This document shows positions 1 to 12,031 of a stretch of 64,000 nt of DNA, one piece after another; position 1 is the first letter of the stretch, and every line of letters starts with the position of its first letter. The stretch is from contig NC_135822.1 in the NCBI RefSeq assembly GCF_964213995.1, positions 16,244,001-16,308,000 of the forward strand, given 5' to 3'. A model generated the notes under the pieces. That model was not told the DNA's origin. It saw only the letters and a list, made by a program, of their open reading frames with translations, and ran no database searches. This DNA is from Mustelus asterias (lineage: Eukaryota). The position numbers and the translations under genes are program-made.

Positions 1-574
1 GCCAATCCACCTAACCTGCACATCTTTGGAATCAACCACATTGCTCTGGATGGAGAATCACATGTAAACCACCCCAGCAAATGATAGCAGTTTCATTTCC
101 TGAAGGGCATTAGTGAACCAGATGGGTTTTTTTAATGACAATCGATGATCGTTGTCATGGTTGCTGAGACTAGCTTTCAATTCCAGATTTGAATAATTGG
201 ATTGGAACCATGTCCTCAGAGCCTTCCTCCGGCACCATCTTGAATACCTATTGGAGAACTTTCCTATTCTTCAGTGAAATTGTGCCATGGGATCATTTGT
301 GTCCATTTCGGAGTTTGGACAGAGTTTCCATTGGAAAGACAGCATGCTGAAGTGTGCTACATTCCCTCAGGACTGCATTGGAGCATCAGCCTCTGTGGTG
401 TGGAAGCGTCTCTGGAGTGTGAGAACATAAACAACAGGCTGAAGTAGGCCATTCTGTCCCCGAAGCCTGAATTACTATTCAATAAGATAATGATTGACAT
501 TCCATCTCCCGACTCCTCTGTTCCACTCTGTCCCCATATCCGTTGATTGGTCAGTGTCCAAAACCCATCATCTG

Positions 575-810
575 GAACCCAAACTCTGGAATTCTCTGCC
601 CACTGAAGTGGTGGAGGCTACCTCGTTGAATATGTTTAAATCACGGATAGATGGATTCCTGATCGGTAAGGGAATTAGGGGTTATAGGGATCAGGCGGGT
701 AAGTGGAACTGATCCACTTCAGATCAGCCATGATCTTATTGAATGGCGGGGCAGGCTCGAGGGGCTAGATGGCCTACTCCTGCTCCTATTTCTTATGTTC
801 TTATGTTCTT
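575..810 (+). mobile_element. CR1/HER1-like LINE 3' fragment
   Basis: LWNSLPTEVVEATSLNMFKSRIDGFL C-terminus, CR1 3'UTR and (TTCTTATG)n tail. Confidence 0.85.
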
Positions 811-1664
811 AAATTCAATCCTTTACATAATCAATGACTGAGCATCCAGAGTCTGCCCGGGTAGGGAAATCCCATGATTCACAACCTCCTGAGTGAAAAC
901 ATTTCTCTTCATCTCAGTCTTACATGGCAAACCCCTTATCCCAATACTCTGCCCCCACCACCCACTCCCCACTCCAGGGAAACACCCTCTCACGTCAACC
1001 CTATCAAACCTTCCAATAATTCTTTTGGAACAGCTCCTGAGCCCAAGATCAAGGCTTACAGATGACACCAAGGAATTACTTTACCATAAATGGTACGAAG
1101 TAACAAGAGGGGGAAATAATGAATGGACATATCTCATTATCAAAACTTGTTGCATCGGCAGTGCTGAATAAGACGGGCTTTCTGTTTGCTCAGTTTGTTA
1201 AGAGGTGAACTCGGAATGAATCAGTGTCAGATTTAGGTTTAAGCTAATGAAGCCACAGAATCAAAGAAGCCTAAAGGAGGCCATTCTGCCCATTGTGTCT
1301 GCACCGACTCTCTCATAGAGCATCATAGTTTTGGGCCTCTGAATAAGTATAAAAAATGATCCAATATCAAAATCTCAGAATCAATTATTACATAAAGAAG
1401 AAATGGGAAGATGACTCTCTAAATATGGACTTTTAATTCTAATATGACAAAAATATGCATAAATATGGCCATTCAACTACTGGTCATATTTGATTTCATA
1501 AATCTGTGCAGATGTGACAATAACTCATCTCAAAATTTCATGAAAATCCATTGAAAAATATTGAAGCCAGGCAAAATGAATGATTTCGCTCAGTTCCCCC
1601 AGTGTTTTCTTTGCTATTGGTGCATCAACTGGACTCATTTTTCTCTGTCTCTACAAAGGCTGGG

Positions 1665-1930
1665 TAAGAAGTCTCACAACACCAGGTGAAAGTCCAACAG
1701 GTTTATTTGGTACCACGAGCTTTCGGAGCACCGCTCCTTCATCAGGTGAGTGGAGAGTTGGGTTCATAAACAGGGCATATATAGACAGAGACTCAATTAC
1801 AAGATAATGGTTAGAATGTGAGTCTTTACAGGTAATCAGTCTTTACAGGTACAGACAATGCGAGTGGAGAGAGGGATAATCACAGGTTAAAGAGGTGTGA
1901 ATTGTCTCAAGCCAGGACATTTAGTAGGAC
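1665..1930 (-). mobile_element. Penelope-like element terminal fragment with hammerhead motif
   Basis: Shares the block aagaagtctcacaacaccagg...gctttcggag...ccttcatcaggtgag with other copies in the window. Confidence 0.7.
1714..1748 (-). ncRNA. Minimal type I hammerhead ribozyme motif
   Basis: CAC-CUGAUGA-A-GGAGC(GGU)GCUCC-GAA-AGCU-C-GUG: both catalytic boxes, stem II hairpin, palindromic AGCU stem III, stem I CAC/GUG. Confidence 0.7.
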
Positions 1931-2090
1931 AGTCTCTGCCTCTACAAAGGCTGTTCAAATCATATTTGGGTCTGATTGCACAGTACCAAAATATCCCTGC
2001 GACAGGACGTGGGAAGCACTGGCAAAGGCCACTTGAATCGGGGCTGAGTGTCGAGGCTCAATGATTGATATTCTTCATCATCTCCACATG

Positions 2091-2378
2091 GGCGGCACAG
2101 TGGTTAGCACTGCTGCCTCACAGCGCCAGGGACCCGGGTTCGATTCCTGGCTTGGGTCACTACCTGTGTGGAGTCTGCACGTTCTCCTCGTGTCTGCATG
2201 GGTTTACTCCGGGTGCTCTGGTTTCATCCCACAGTCCAAAGATATACAGAGTAGGTGCATTGGGCAAATTGACCCTCAGTGTACCCAAACAAGCACCGGA
2301 GTGTGGCGACTAGGGGATTTTCATAGTAACTTCATTGCAGTGTTAATGCAAGCCTACTTATGACACCAATAAATAAAT
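2091..2378 (+). mobile_element. tRNA-derived SINE (HE1-like)
   Basis: A box ggcacagtggttagcactg, B box gggttcgattcc, conserved body, tail gcctactt..gacac.aataaataaa. Confidence 0.9.
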
Positions 2379-2829
2379 ATTCTCATCTACTTAAGCACTG
2401 TCTTTAAATTGTCTTGTTGCCACTGCACTTGTTTCATTTACATTGTTGTTGATTGTTGCATTACAGTCTTTCTCAATGCTGTAGTTTTGGAATGTCTCTT
2501 TACTATTAATCTTCAATACTAACAGCAACAAATTATTTTTCTTTTAATTTTAGAAGATGTTGCATTGTTCAGTATTGTAAAACGTCAAAACATCAGAAGC
2601 ATCAGGAGTTGCTTAAAGTTTGATTCTGCAAAAACAGGTATTAATAAAACCTTTAAAATGAAACAAAAAGGAAGAGGGCGATTCAAGGAGAAAAGTTAGC
2701 ATTCTGCCATCGAGTTTGTGTTCAGGTCGGAAGCTTGGAATTGTGTGTTTGCTTCGCTCCACCAGGATGGAGAGTCCCTCAGTACAGGGGCAACACTTTA
2801 CCCACCATTCTCTCAATTCTTGAAAGAAA

Positions 2830-3030
2830 CCGGTGAGAGTTTTGGTAAGCATACCGTTCATAGAGTACATAGGGGAGAAGGGAAGGAGAGGGTGCAGAAT
2901 TTAGTGTTACAGTAATAGCTAGGGTATAGAGACAGATCAACTTAATATAAGATAGGTCCATTCAAAAGTCTGATGGCAGCACCATGGATGAAGCTGTTCT
3001 TGAGTCGGTTGCTACGTGATTTCAGACTTC
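2830..3030 (-). mobile_element. Rex1/Babar-like LINE 3' fragment
   Basis: Reverse complement of the 3' end seen at 54765-55125 and 59957-60596; another short piece lies at ~4710-4850. Confidence 0.7.
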
Positions 3031-3639
3031 TTATCCCATTCTTATCCCAATGATGGAAGCGACCAACATTATGGCCGGAAATCATGGACACATTTAATTT
3101 GGCAGCACTCTATAATGCAAGCAGGTATTCTGTAAGACACGTGTTTTTGTTAGATGATATATATTTTTCTTTGTGCCTTTGTATGTTTGCGAATAGAGAA
3201 GTTGTATGCTTATAGTTACAGTGCCCTTTCTCTGAGAATAATAACGTTTGATTTTTATTGTCTGGGGCCTTGACTAATTTTAGGGACTCGGTATGTTACA
3301 ATCCGGCTCCAGTGCAAACTCATCACGGGGGCGGGCTGTATGTATTCTGCATAGAAATGGTTCCAACATTTTCCTTCAATGTATTCAGCAGACAAAGCAA
3401 CTGCTGACATCTGAGTTGGATTCCAGCACCGCTTGCACTGTTGGTAAAGGAATAATTCAATGTGTTAAACGCTCAGACGGATGAACCTTTTCTGTTTGAT
3501 AACTTCACTGATTCCTCTTGTTGATCCATTTTTCTTCCTGGCTTTTCAACTCTCTCTCGCATTCCAAGAGGCTCTTGTCTCTTTTATGGTTTTTCTTTCC
3601 CCTTCTTTTAAGTATCAAAAGGAGCAATTTGCTGAGTTG

Positions 3640-4210
3640 GAGCGAATCCCCGGGGCCTCCTGTTTATCATATTAAATGTGACCCAGTCCCTAACAGCAGC
3701 CTTCAGCCAGGACGGCGTCTCACAGCGAGGAGAATCGGGGAAACGCCTCCGTCTCATTGAGTTCATACAACCCCGATTCGGTGCTCACACACACACACAC
3801 ACACAGACAAGTCACCAGCTCCGGGCGCACAGTCAGTGTGGGAGCATCTCTGAAAAATACATCCCATATTCCAGCAGGGAAAAAAACTCCTGAAATGGGA
3901 AATTGAAGCCAGTTTTTTTGGGAACAGGTTGAAAAGGGGGGTTTGGGGGCACGCGACCGGCCTTTGAAAGAATTCAAGACCAAACACAACCTCGATGGAC
4001 TCTCCCGGAGCTTGTTTAAGTCACTCGAGTTTGATTGGAGACATAAAAGCTGGATGGGGGAAATGAATAGCCCAGAAAGAGCCAATGAGGCGCATTAACA
4101 TCCCATTGAGTTCAGGCCAAAAAGAGAGAGTTGAAAGGAGTTTGTGAAGAGGCTGCGGTGAGTTTATGGCCACCGCCCGGGACAAACACTTCATTGTCTT
4201 CGCGAAAAAA
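3640..4210 (-). promoter_or_regulatory. CpG-enriched promoter-like region with candidate non-coding first exon (donor CTG|gtgact at 3816/3815)
   Basis: Many CpGs, CACGCG 3950-3955, ATTGG 4034-4038, CCAAT 4082-4086, GGGAAA motifs; a (TG)n tract follows the donor. The gene is not identified. Confidence 0.45.
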
Positions 4211-4969
4211 AAGCAGCCCTTCATTCTTAAACATGAGTTGCTTCCCATTGTTGTGGGCTGATGTGGAAAACATCTGCTGGTGGAGATAAAAAGATACAAG
4301 CAACCTTTGCGATGAGGTTCTTGGCAAAACTAAAGAGGGATATTGAAGCGGGTCCTCACTGCTGAAATCTGTATCTGAGAGGGGCAATAAACACTTGTCA
4401 ATTGCCCCATTGCCCGGAGGGAGGCCAGCCCAGGCTTTCACATAGTCTCTGTCCCATTGCTCAGTGTGATCTGTGCTCAGTTACAGCTAGCCTTTAGCTC
4501 CTCTTCCAATTCACCCTCTTCCTATCAATCCACATCCTTGGAATACAAATTGGAAAATGCTACATGAAGGGACACTCTTCGTGGACACTGAGATCCTTCG
4601 TTCAGAGAATCAAAAAATACAGACTGAGGCCATTCACCCCATTTTAGAAGAGCTATGCTATTACTCCCCATCTCCTTTCCCTATAGTCCTGTCATTTTTA
4701 TCCTGTTCAAATTTTGATTTGATTTATTATTGTCACATGTATTGGGATACAGTGAAAAGTATTGTTTCTTGTGCACTATTCAAACAAGGCATACCATTCA
4801 TAGAGTACACAGGGGAGAAGGAAAGGAGAGGGTGCAGAATATAGTGTTGCAATTACGTGTACAATGGTTACATGTTACAGGTACAACTGTTACATGTACA
4901 AATATACACGTAAGCATTTTTCAAAGTCACTATTTAATCTGCTTCCATTACCCTTTCAGGTCATTTTAC

Positions 4970-5235
4970 ATTACCTGTACCCACACACCTGCCTGACCTG
5001 TTCCCACACCTGCCTGATCTGCACCCACACCTGCCTGACTTGCGCCCGCACACCTGCCTGACCTATACCCACACCTGCCTGACCTGTATCCACACCTGCC
5101 TGACCTGTATCCACACACCTGCCTTATCCTCACCCATATCTGCCTGACCCACACCCATACCTGCCTGACCCACACCCATACCTGCCTGACCCACACCCAT
5201 ACCTGCCTGACTTGTTGTACCCATGCACCTGCCCA
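4970..5235. repeat. Minisatellite, ~21-bp unit CCACACCTGCCTGACCTGTAT
   Basis: About 11-12 degenerate tandem copies; explains spurious repetitive ORFs (VWVWVRQ). Confidence 0.9.
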
Positions 5236-5904
5236 ACTTGCACTTATGGATGTTTCTCTGCATTGCGATTGAATTGACAAGTTTCCATCAATTCCTCTTC
5301 AGCTTTGGTCTTAACAGCTTCTACAGCACAGCAGGAAGCTTTTGATCAGACTAATGTGACTCCACCTTCAGTTTCAATTATTTACAATGGGGGGGGGGGG
5401 TTGGCGACCAGTGAGGGGTCGAGTGTTTTAATGATTATTAATTGTGTTACAAAGGAGGACGTGAGCCCTGGTGTTTGATGTGAAGATGGTTTCTGATGCT
5501 ATTCAGATGCAGCAGAGTGTTAATATGAACTGGCCCCAGTCACCTCTGGGCAGAGCAGCCTGCGGGATTCCTGCCCCTCACTTAGAGAAAGCAGCTGTTC
5601 CCGGCAGGGGAATGTGTGGAATCAATAGATTAGGAGAATGAATGGGGAAATCCTTAGGGATTCACCCACATACACTGTAAAGTTGGGTTAATTGCTCCTT
5701 TGACTTCTCATAGCAGGTTAGGGTTATGACACCCCTATAACAATTTAATGGGTATAATGGATCAAAGCAGCCAAACTGGAATGCTAAATTGTTCATCCAC
5801 TGAAGCAGAAGAGAAAGACTAAAGTTGGCCTGCAGTCATAACAGACAGCAAGCCTGTCACACAATAACAGTCACAGACACTCACTAGTATTCACATGCAC
5901 AGAA

Positions 5905-6670
5905 ACTGCTAACACATATCCCCCCTCCCCACACACACATATACTAGGGGATTTTCACAGTAACTTCATTGCAGTGTTAATGTAAGCCTACTTGTGACAC
6001 TAATAAATAAACAAAACCCGCCAACACATATCCTCCTCCCACACACATACACACACACACATACACACACACACATACACACACACAGGGAGATTTTCAC
6101 AGTAACTTCATTGCAATGTTAATGTAAGCCTACTTGTGACACCAATAAATAAGTAAACAAAACCCGCCAACACATATCCCCCCCCCCCACACACATACAC
6201 ACACACACACCGACACACACATACTAGGGGATTTTCACAGTAGCTTCATTGCAGTGTTAATGTAAGCCTACTTGTGACACTGTTGTTGTTGTTCATCCAT
6301 CGTCGTCAATGAGGACCTCGACACCATTAGTCATTATGAGGCTGGATGCGGTGTGTCCGAAGATGACTGATCAGGCCAATTCGGGCACGGAATGTCCTGG
6401 CACATATTGGGCAAACCTGTGTAGGCGATGTAGTTGTTGCACTGGTGGCTCTGGACTTGCGCAGCTCGCGTTTAAGTTGTGCTACAGCATTGCACCTTGC
6501 TTCATAAGCTTGACAGCCCTTGTGGATGAGGCAGCGCCAGGTAAGGCGGTTTTGTGCCAGCGTTTCCCAGGTGGTCGTGACACTAATAAATAAACAAAAC
6601 CCACCAACACGTATCCCCCCACCCCCCACAACCCGTCAGCACACATCTGCACACACACACACGCACACAC
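5905..6670 (+). repeat. Tandem array of ~110-145 bp units (CA-repeat + SINE 3' tail)
   Basis: aacacatatccc...acacac...ggattttcacagtaacttcattgcagtgttaatgtaagcctacttgtgacactaataaa occurs three times plus a partial fourth unit. Confidence 0.85.
6282..6576 (-). mobile_element. RTE (BovB-like) LINE 3' fragment
   Basis: WETLAQNRLTWR...CPICARTFRARIGLISHLRTH C2H2 C-terminus, (CAA)n tail, 8-bp TSD GTGACACT (6274-6281 and 6577-6584). Confidence 0.9.
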
Positions 6671-7769
6671 ACACGCTAGGTGTTGTGGTAATCTTGGTTA
6701 TGCCCATTGGAAAGGGCAACCCACTAACACAAATACACGCACACACTCTTGCACACAGTAACATAACCCCTCTCCCATCTTTGCCAAGTTATCTGCAAAA
6801 TCGAGGAAGAGATAACGTGGGCCCGAGTTTGTAAAAAATACGTCCTTCTTTTTTCCTTCCTTGAAAGGCAGGTACTCAATGTCACAGGCACTGCCTGCCT
6901 GCTGATGTTCCCTCCACCCCTCCGAGAGTGTCAAGCTATTTGACCTTGGGGAACATCACCTGTATCCTCACTGGGACAGTTCATCGAGTGTATGGACTAT
7001 AATCACTGCAGGGATGCATTTTGCCTCAGTACAGAATGTTTGCTCATTAGGTTCTCTGTCCCCAATCCTGTTGTTGGGTGTCAATCCACTCACCCTTAGC
7101 AACTGGCCTTAGAGCCTATCGACACCCCCCACCCACCCCCCCCCCCCCCCCCCCCCCCCCACCCCCCACACCCCACCACCACCGCTTTTAATTGTAAACA
7201 GGCAATTCAGTGGAAATCACTATTGTTGCCTTTCTCGGGAGGTTTCACAGCGGGGGTAACAAAGGATTGTCATCAGACAATGCTGTCATTGTCCACATTG
7301 AGATGGTTCAGTACACCCACTCCAAAGTACTATAGAGACTAGGAGATCTGTTATAAAATCCAGTTAATCTGCAGTAATTTGTACTCAATGGATGGTTGCA
7401 ATATGAACTCTCATAAAGACATGAGCTGATGCCTCTCCACTTGCCTGGGTGAGTGGAGCTGCAACAACACTCAGCTCACCATCATCCAGGATAAAGCAGC
7501 CTGTTTGATCATCAGCCCATCCACTACCTTATACCATCCACTCGCTGCTCTGTCATGTGCTATATTCACAGGAGGCAATGCGCTTCTTGCCAAAACCTTT
7601 TGAACAGCTCCTCCCAAACTCGTGACCTCCTCTACCTAGATGTCCAAGGGCAGCAGGTGCATGTGGACACCACCCCTCCCTTCAAGTCACACCTCATCCT
7701 GACTTTAAAATATAGCAAGCTGTTACCCAACCATCACAAAGGGACAAAATTCTGCAACACCTGCCCAGG

Positions 7770-8070
7770 GCGAGACGGTGGCACGGTGGTTAGCACTGCT
7801 GCCTCACAGCACCAAGGACCCGGGTTTAATTCCCAGCTTGGGTCACTGTCTGTGCAGAGTCTGCACGTTCTCCCTGTGTCTGCGTGGGTTTCCTCCGGGT
7901 GCTCTGGTTTCCTCCCACAATCCGAAAGACGTGTGGGTTAAATGCATTGGTCATACTAAATTCTCCCTCAGTGTACCCGAATAGGTGCCAGAGTGTGGCG
8001 ACGAGGGGATTTTCACAGTAACTTCATTGCAGTGTTAATGTAAGCCTGCTTGTGACTAATAAATAAACTT
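7770..8070 (+). mobile_element. tRNA-derived SINE (HE1-like)
   Basis: Same head, body and tail as 2091-2378. Confidence 0.9.
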
Positions 8071-8294
8071 TAAAAACTTCAACTTCCTATGGCACTATGT
8101 ACCTTCATGGCAAGGACTGCAGAGGGTTAAGAAAGTACATTGCGATAGTCTCAAGGGCAACTCGCAACAGATAAGAAACTTGCTATCTCCAGACACATCA
8201 AGAAGAAATGTTTTAAAACTTGCACTGGTGCAAAGCTCCACAGGAATCAGCTGGTTCCTTCTACATGTGTGATCCTGAATATTTTCTATTTCTT

Positions 8295-8515
8295 TTTATT
8301 CATTTGTGGGACATGGGCGTCGCTGGCTGGGCCAGCATTTATTGCCGATTCCTAGTTGCCCTTGGAGGGCAGTTGAGAGTCAACCACATTGCTGTGGCTC
8401 TGGAGTCACATGTAGGCCAGACTGGGTAAGGACGGCAGATTTCCTTCCCTAAAGGACATTAGTGAACCAGGTGGGTTTTTCTGACAACCAACAATGGTTT
8501 CATGGTCTTCAGTAG
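8295..8515 (-). mobile_element. SINE of a second family (tail gggcaataaatgctggcc...gacgcccatgtcc)
   Basis: Homologous copies at ~30-220, 21170-21430, 22050-22390 and 57835-58060; the tail is shared with the LINE at 11020-11825. Confidence 0.7.
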
Positions 8516-9464
8516 GTTAGATCCCTCTGATAGCTCCCCAAAGGGAGCCACCAAGTCTTAGCCTGGGCTTAAGTGTGTGCATGCAATTGTGGCATTATAG
8601 CTGAGCCTTCACCTGATCCCAACCAAACAAGCATTTGTGGTGATCTCATCTTAACCCAGGGACACGGAGGCAAACGTGATCTCCCATTTGCTACCCTAAC
8701 GTGGCAAAATGCTGCAATTAAAGGCAGGAGATTTGTTCAGTGTCAGCTGAGGGCGCCATCAATGTGGGTTTCAGTACATCACATACATACATCAGATAAA
8801 ATTGCCCGGAAGGAGCAGTGCAATAAAGGGGCGCACTGGTACATTGCTACAGACAGCAGACATTTCATTGTCTTCTGCAGATCTCACGCTGCTTCCTGCA
8901 CTGCAAGTACTCTGAACGGTTCCTGAACTGATTGTTCCACTTGTCAACACATCTCTGAACATCTACTGATGTATGAAATGACAGGGTAATGGGGATCAGG
9001 CCACCGAGAGAATCAGAACGCAGATTATCTGGATCAATCCATCCGTCACTGCATCAAAACATTACCGTTTTAGTAACCCCCCCCCCGCCCCCATCCATCC
9101 AGTCACTGTGGGGTCACAACCTTTGATCCCAAGAGGTCAGCTTTAGCCAACCCTGAGCTCAGCCTTTTTCCTTCTGGCCTTTGCACACCTCTCAATGAAT
9201 AAACACAAATAAGTAGGGTACCTACCTGAAAAGCTATGCCCATCCCCGTAAGTAGTGAATGTGCATTTAGAAATCACATTGAATTGAATTTATAGAAAAC
9301 TAAGGAAATCTGTGAAAAATACTTTTATTTCCCAATAGTTACTAGGAGGAAAGTATGACCAGTATTGCAAGTAGGACATAAAATATTGCCCAGTGCTTGG
9401 CGGGAGATCCCGGGTTTAAGCACTGGTGTGCTCCTGGTTAGTTGATCTGAGGTGGGACTATAGT

Positions 9465-9690
9465 TTATTTATTATTATCACAAGTAGGTTTACATCAACA
9501 CTGCAATGAAGTTAGTGTAAAAATCTCCTTGTCGCCACACTCCGGTGTCTGTTTGGGTACACTGAGGGAGAATTTAGCATGGCCAATGCACCTATCCGCA
9601 CGTCTTTCAGACTGTGGGAGGAAACTGGAGCACCCGGAGGAAACTCACACAGAAACAGGGTGAACATGCAGACTCCGCACAGACAGCCAG
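9465..9690 (-). mobile_element. HE1-like SINE (partial)
   Basis: Reverse complement of SINE body and tail. Confidence 0.85.
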
Positions 9691-9739
9691 TCCACCAGTT
9701 ACAGCCTGTGGTCATCTGGGATATAACCACTTTACTTAC

Positions 9740-9873
9740 TAGTCCTGTATCCAACTATGGGAGAGATTTCGATGGACAAAACCATCACCAGTGAACAATC
9801 CAATTAAGAAATCAGTTATGACAACTGACCAAGTTAACACCAACAGGACATCGCACCTCTGCAACCTCAACCA
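9740..9873 (-). pseudogene. PER3: PER3-like PAC exon relic (D.LxLDCS/W*GFVH...EISPIVG...RT)
   Basis: Strong acceptor ttttttcccttcacag| and donor |gtaagt. Fragments align by eye, across frameshifts and stops, to '[32 protein letters not shown]'; the order is correct. Confidence 0.5.
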
Positions 9874-10432
9874 CTGTGAAGGGAAAAAAAGCAGCTACAA
9901 CATTGGAGCCATCACCTCCAAGTTCCCCTCTGGATCACATACATTCCAGACAGGTGTCTTTCGCTACTCCTTCATCCCAAACCTAACAACGTTGTGCGCA
10001 CCATCACCACACACACACACACTGCAATGGTTTCGGAAATAGATACATCACAGGGCAAGTGGAGATGGGCAATAAATGTTGGCCTTACCAGAGAAATCCA
10101 CATCCCAAGACTTCAGTATAATAAAGTAAGATTAATTTATTTCTTCGTTCAATTTCTTCTCCACCTCCAACAATTTTGTCTTTTTAATTTTCTTTCCTTT
10201 TTTCCAATTAAATAGACAGGTCCACATAAATTTAAGATTGTTATACAATATCTGAATATTGATAACGCCCCCACTGCACTTCAACATGTAATTTACTCTG
10301 TAAATCAGAAATTTCACATCAAGTTTCCTAGACAAATAGATTTTATTTTCAACAATAATATAAAATATATATAGTGAGTGTTTGTAGAAATCCAAATACA
10401 GATATTTACAACACACTTAATTTAGTGCTATC

Positions 10433-10756
10433 ATAGAATCCCTACAGGGCAGAAGGAGGCCATTCAGCCCATCGAGTCTGCACCGACCACAATCCCACCC
10501 AGGCCCTATTTCCATAACGCCACATATTTACCCTAGCTAGTCCCCCTGACACTAAGGGGCAATTTTAGCATGGCCAATCCACCTAACCCGCACATCTTTC
10601 GGACTGTGGGAGGAAACCGGAACACCCGGAGGAAACCCACGCAGACACGGGGAGAATGTGCAAACTCCACACAGATAGTGACCCAAGCCGGGAATTGAAA
10701 CCAGGTCCCTGGCACTGTGAGGCAGCAGTGCTGACCACTGTGCCACCGTGCTGCCC
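10433..10756 (-). mobile_element. HE1-like SINE with CR1-like tail
   Basis: Reverse-complement tRNA head at 10700-10756 and tail atagaatccctaca. Confidence 0.85.
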
Positions 10757-10770
10757 TGCTATGAACCTAC

Positions 10771-10863
10771 CTCCACTCACCTGATGAAAGAGCAGCGCTC
10801 CGAAAGTTTGTGATTCCGAATAAACCTGTTGGACTTTAACATGGTGTTGTGAGTCTTCTGACT
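10771..10863 (+). mobile_element. Penelope-like terminal fragment with degenerate hammerhead (10778-10812)
   Basis: cacCTGATGAaagagcagcgctccGAAAgtttgtg...aataaacctgttggactttaac. Confidence 0.65.
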
Positions 10864-11019
10864 TTTTTATTTCAAATCTGGGAGGATGAGAAGCTGCAAT
10901 ATTAGGTGTCTGCCACCAGAGGGACTTGAAGCAAAGATGCTCATATGGCCCCCACTGGTGGCAGATGGCCAGTACTGCAACTACTCATTCCACAATTGGG
11001 CCCAAGAGGCCCAAGATTG

Positions 11020-11825
11020 ACCTGGATGATTTTCAGGTTTGAGCTGATAAGTGGCCATACAAGTGGCACATAATGACCATCTTCAGTGAGAGAGAATCTG
11101 ACCATCTTGACATTCAATGGAATTACCATCATCGAATCCCCCACTATCAACATTCTGGGAGTTTACCATTGACCAAAAACTGAATTGGATGAGCTATATT
11201 AATAAGTGGTTACCAGAGCAGGTCAGAGGCTGGGAATACTGTGGTGAGGAACTCATCTCCTGACTCCCCAAAGCCTGTCCACCATCTATAGGGCACAAGT
11301 CAGCAGTGTGATGGACTTACTTGGATGGACCCACTTGCCTGGATGGATGCAGCTCCAACACACTCAAGAAGCTCAACACCATCCAGGACAAAGTAGCCCA
11401 CTTGACTGGTACCCCATCCATCACTTTAAACCTTCATTCCGCCATGTTTCAACACACAGTGGCAGCAGTGTGTACCATCTGCAAGATGCACTGCAGCAAC
11501 TCACCAAGGCTCCTTAGACAGCACCTTCCAAACCTATAACCCCCACAATCTAGAAGGTTAACAGCAGTGGATGTCAGGGAACGCCACCACCTGCAAGTTC
11601 CCCTCCAAGTCATTCACCATCCTGACTAGGAAATCTATCACCGTTCCTTCACTATCCTGACTCAAAATCCTGGAACTCCCTCCCTAACAGCACTGTGGAT
11701 GGACCTACACCACAGGCACTGCAGCGGTTCAGGAAGGCAGCTCACCACCACCTTCTAAAGGGCCATTGCCGATGGACAATAAATGCTGGCCTAGCAAGCG
11801 AAGCCCACATCCATGAAAGAATTAA
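11020..11825 (+). mobile_element. Old CR1/L2-superclade LINE 3' fragment
   Basis: Degenerate RT C-terminal residues (LSTIYRAQV...TLKKLNTIQDK) and tail caataaatgctggcctagc...gcccacatcc; a similar piece lies at ~7420-7720. Confidence 0.7.
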
Positions 11826-11869
11826 CAAATACCAATGTACACAGAGAGATTCTCACATGCACACTAGTG

Positions 11870-11962
11870 TACACAGAAATGCACAGTAAAATATACTCGG
11901 CAATCTTCCGGGGCACAGAGGGAGCCAAGTTTAATCTGGTCTTGAGGTGGAATTGCACAGCT
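11870..11962 (-). pseudogene. PER3: PER3-like PAS-B exon relic: AV...PPQDQI...APEDCRVYFTVH
   Basis: Lies ~70 bp after the KRIFTTTH exon. Spacing of AV / PQD / PED / H resembles 'AVPLLGYLPQDLIG...HPEDR......H', with deletions. Confidence 0.5.
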
Positions 11963-12031
11963 GTTGTTTACAGAGTAATTCCCAACAAGCAGAATAAATG
12001 GAGTGAGAGCACAGTCTGGTACCAAACAAAC

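Noticed and set aside
2091-2165. tRNA gene
   Set aside because: The A/B boxes belong to SINE heads and continue into SINE body; the same applies to all similar hits.
1-3600. UTS2 last exon (CFWKYC) or PARK7 coding exon expected by synteny
   Set aside because: I found neither motif by eye on either strand.
4112-4560. Possible PER C-terminal exon (WAGLP..AID.C, EEELK)
   Set aside because: The similarity is only a few residues with multiple stops and no convincing exon boundaries; not distinguishable from chance.
4851-4915. Cluster of TTAC(A/G)TG D-box/E-box-like motifs
   Set aside because: Low-complexity slippage sequence abutting a Rex fragment and a minisatellite; no perfect D-box.
4966-5280. 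Repetitive ORFs (VWVWVRQ / VCGYRSGR)
   Set aside because: Translations of a minisatellite.
5905-6670. Repeat-spacer-like array resembling CRISPR
   Set aside because: Eukaryotic DNA; units are SINE tails separated by CA repeats, with no unique spacers or cas genes.
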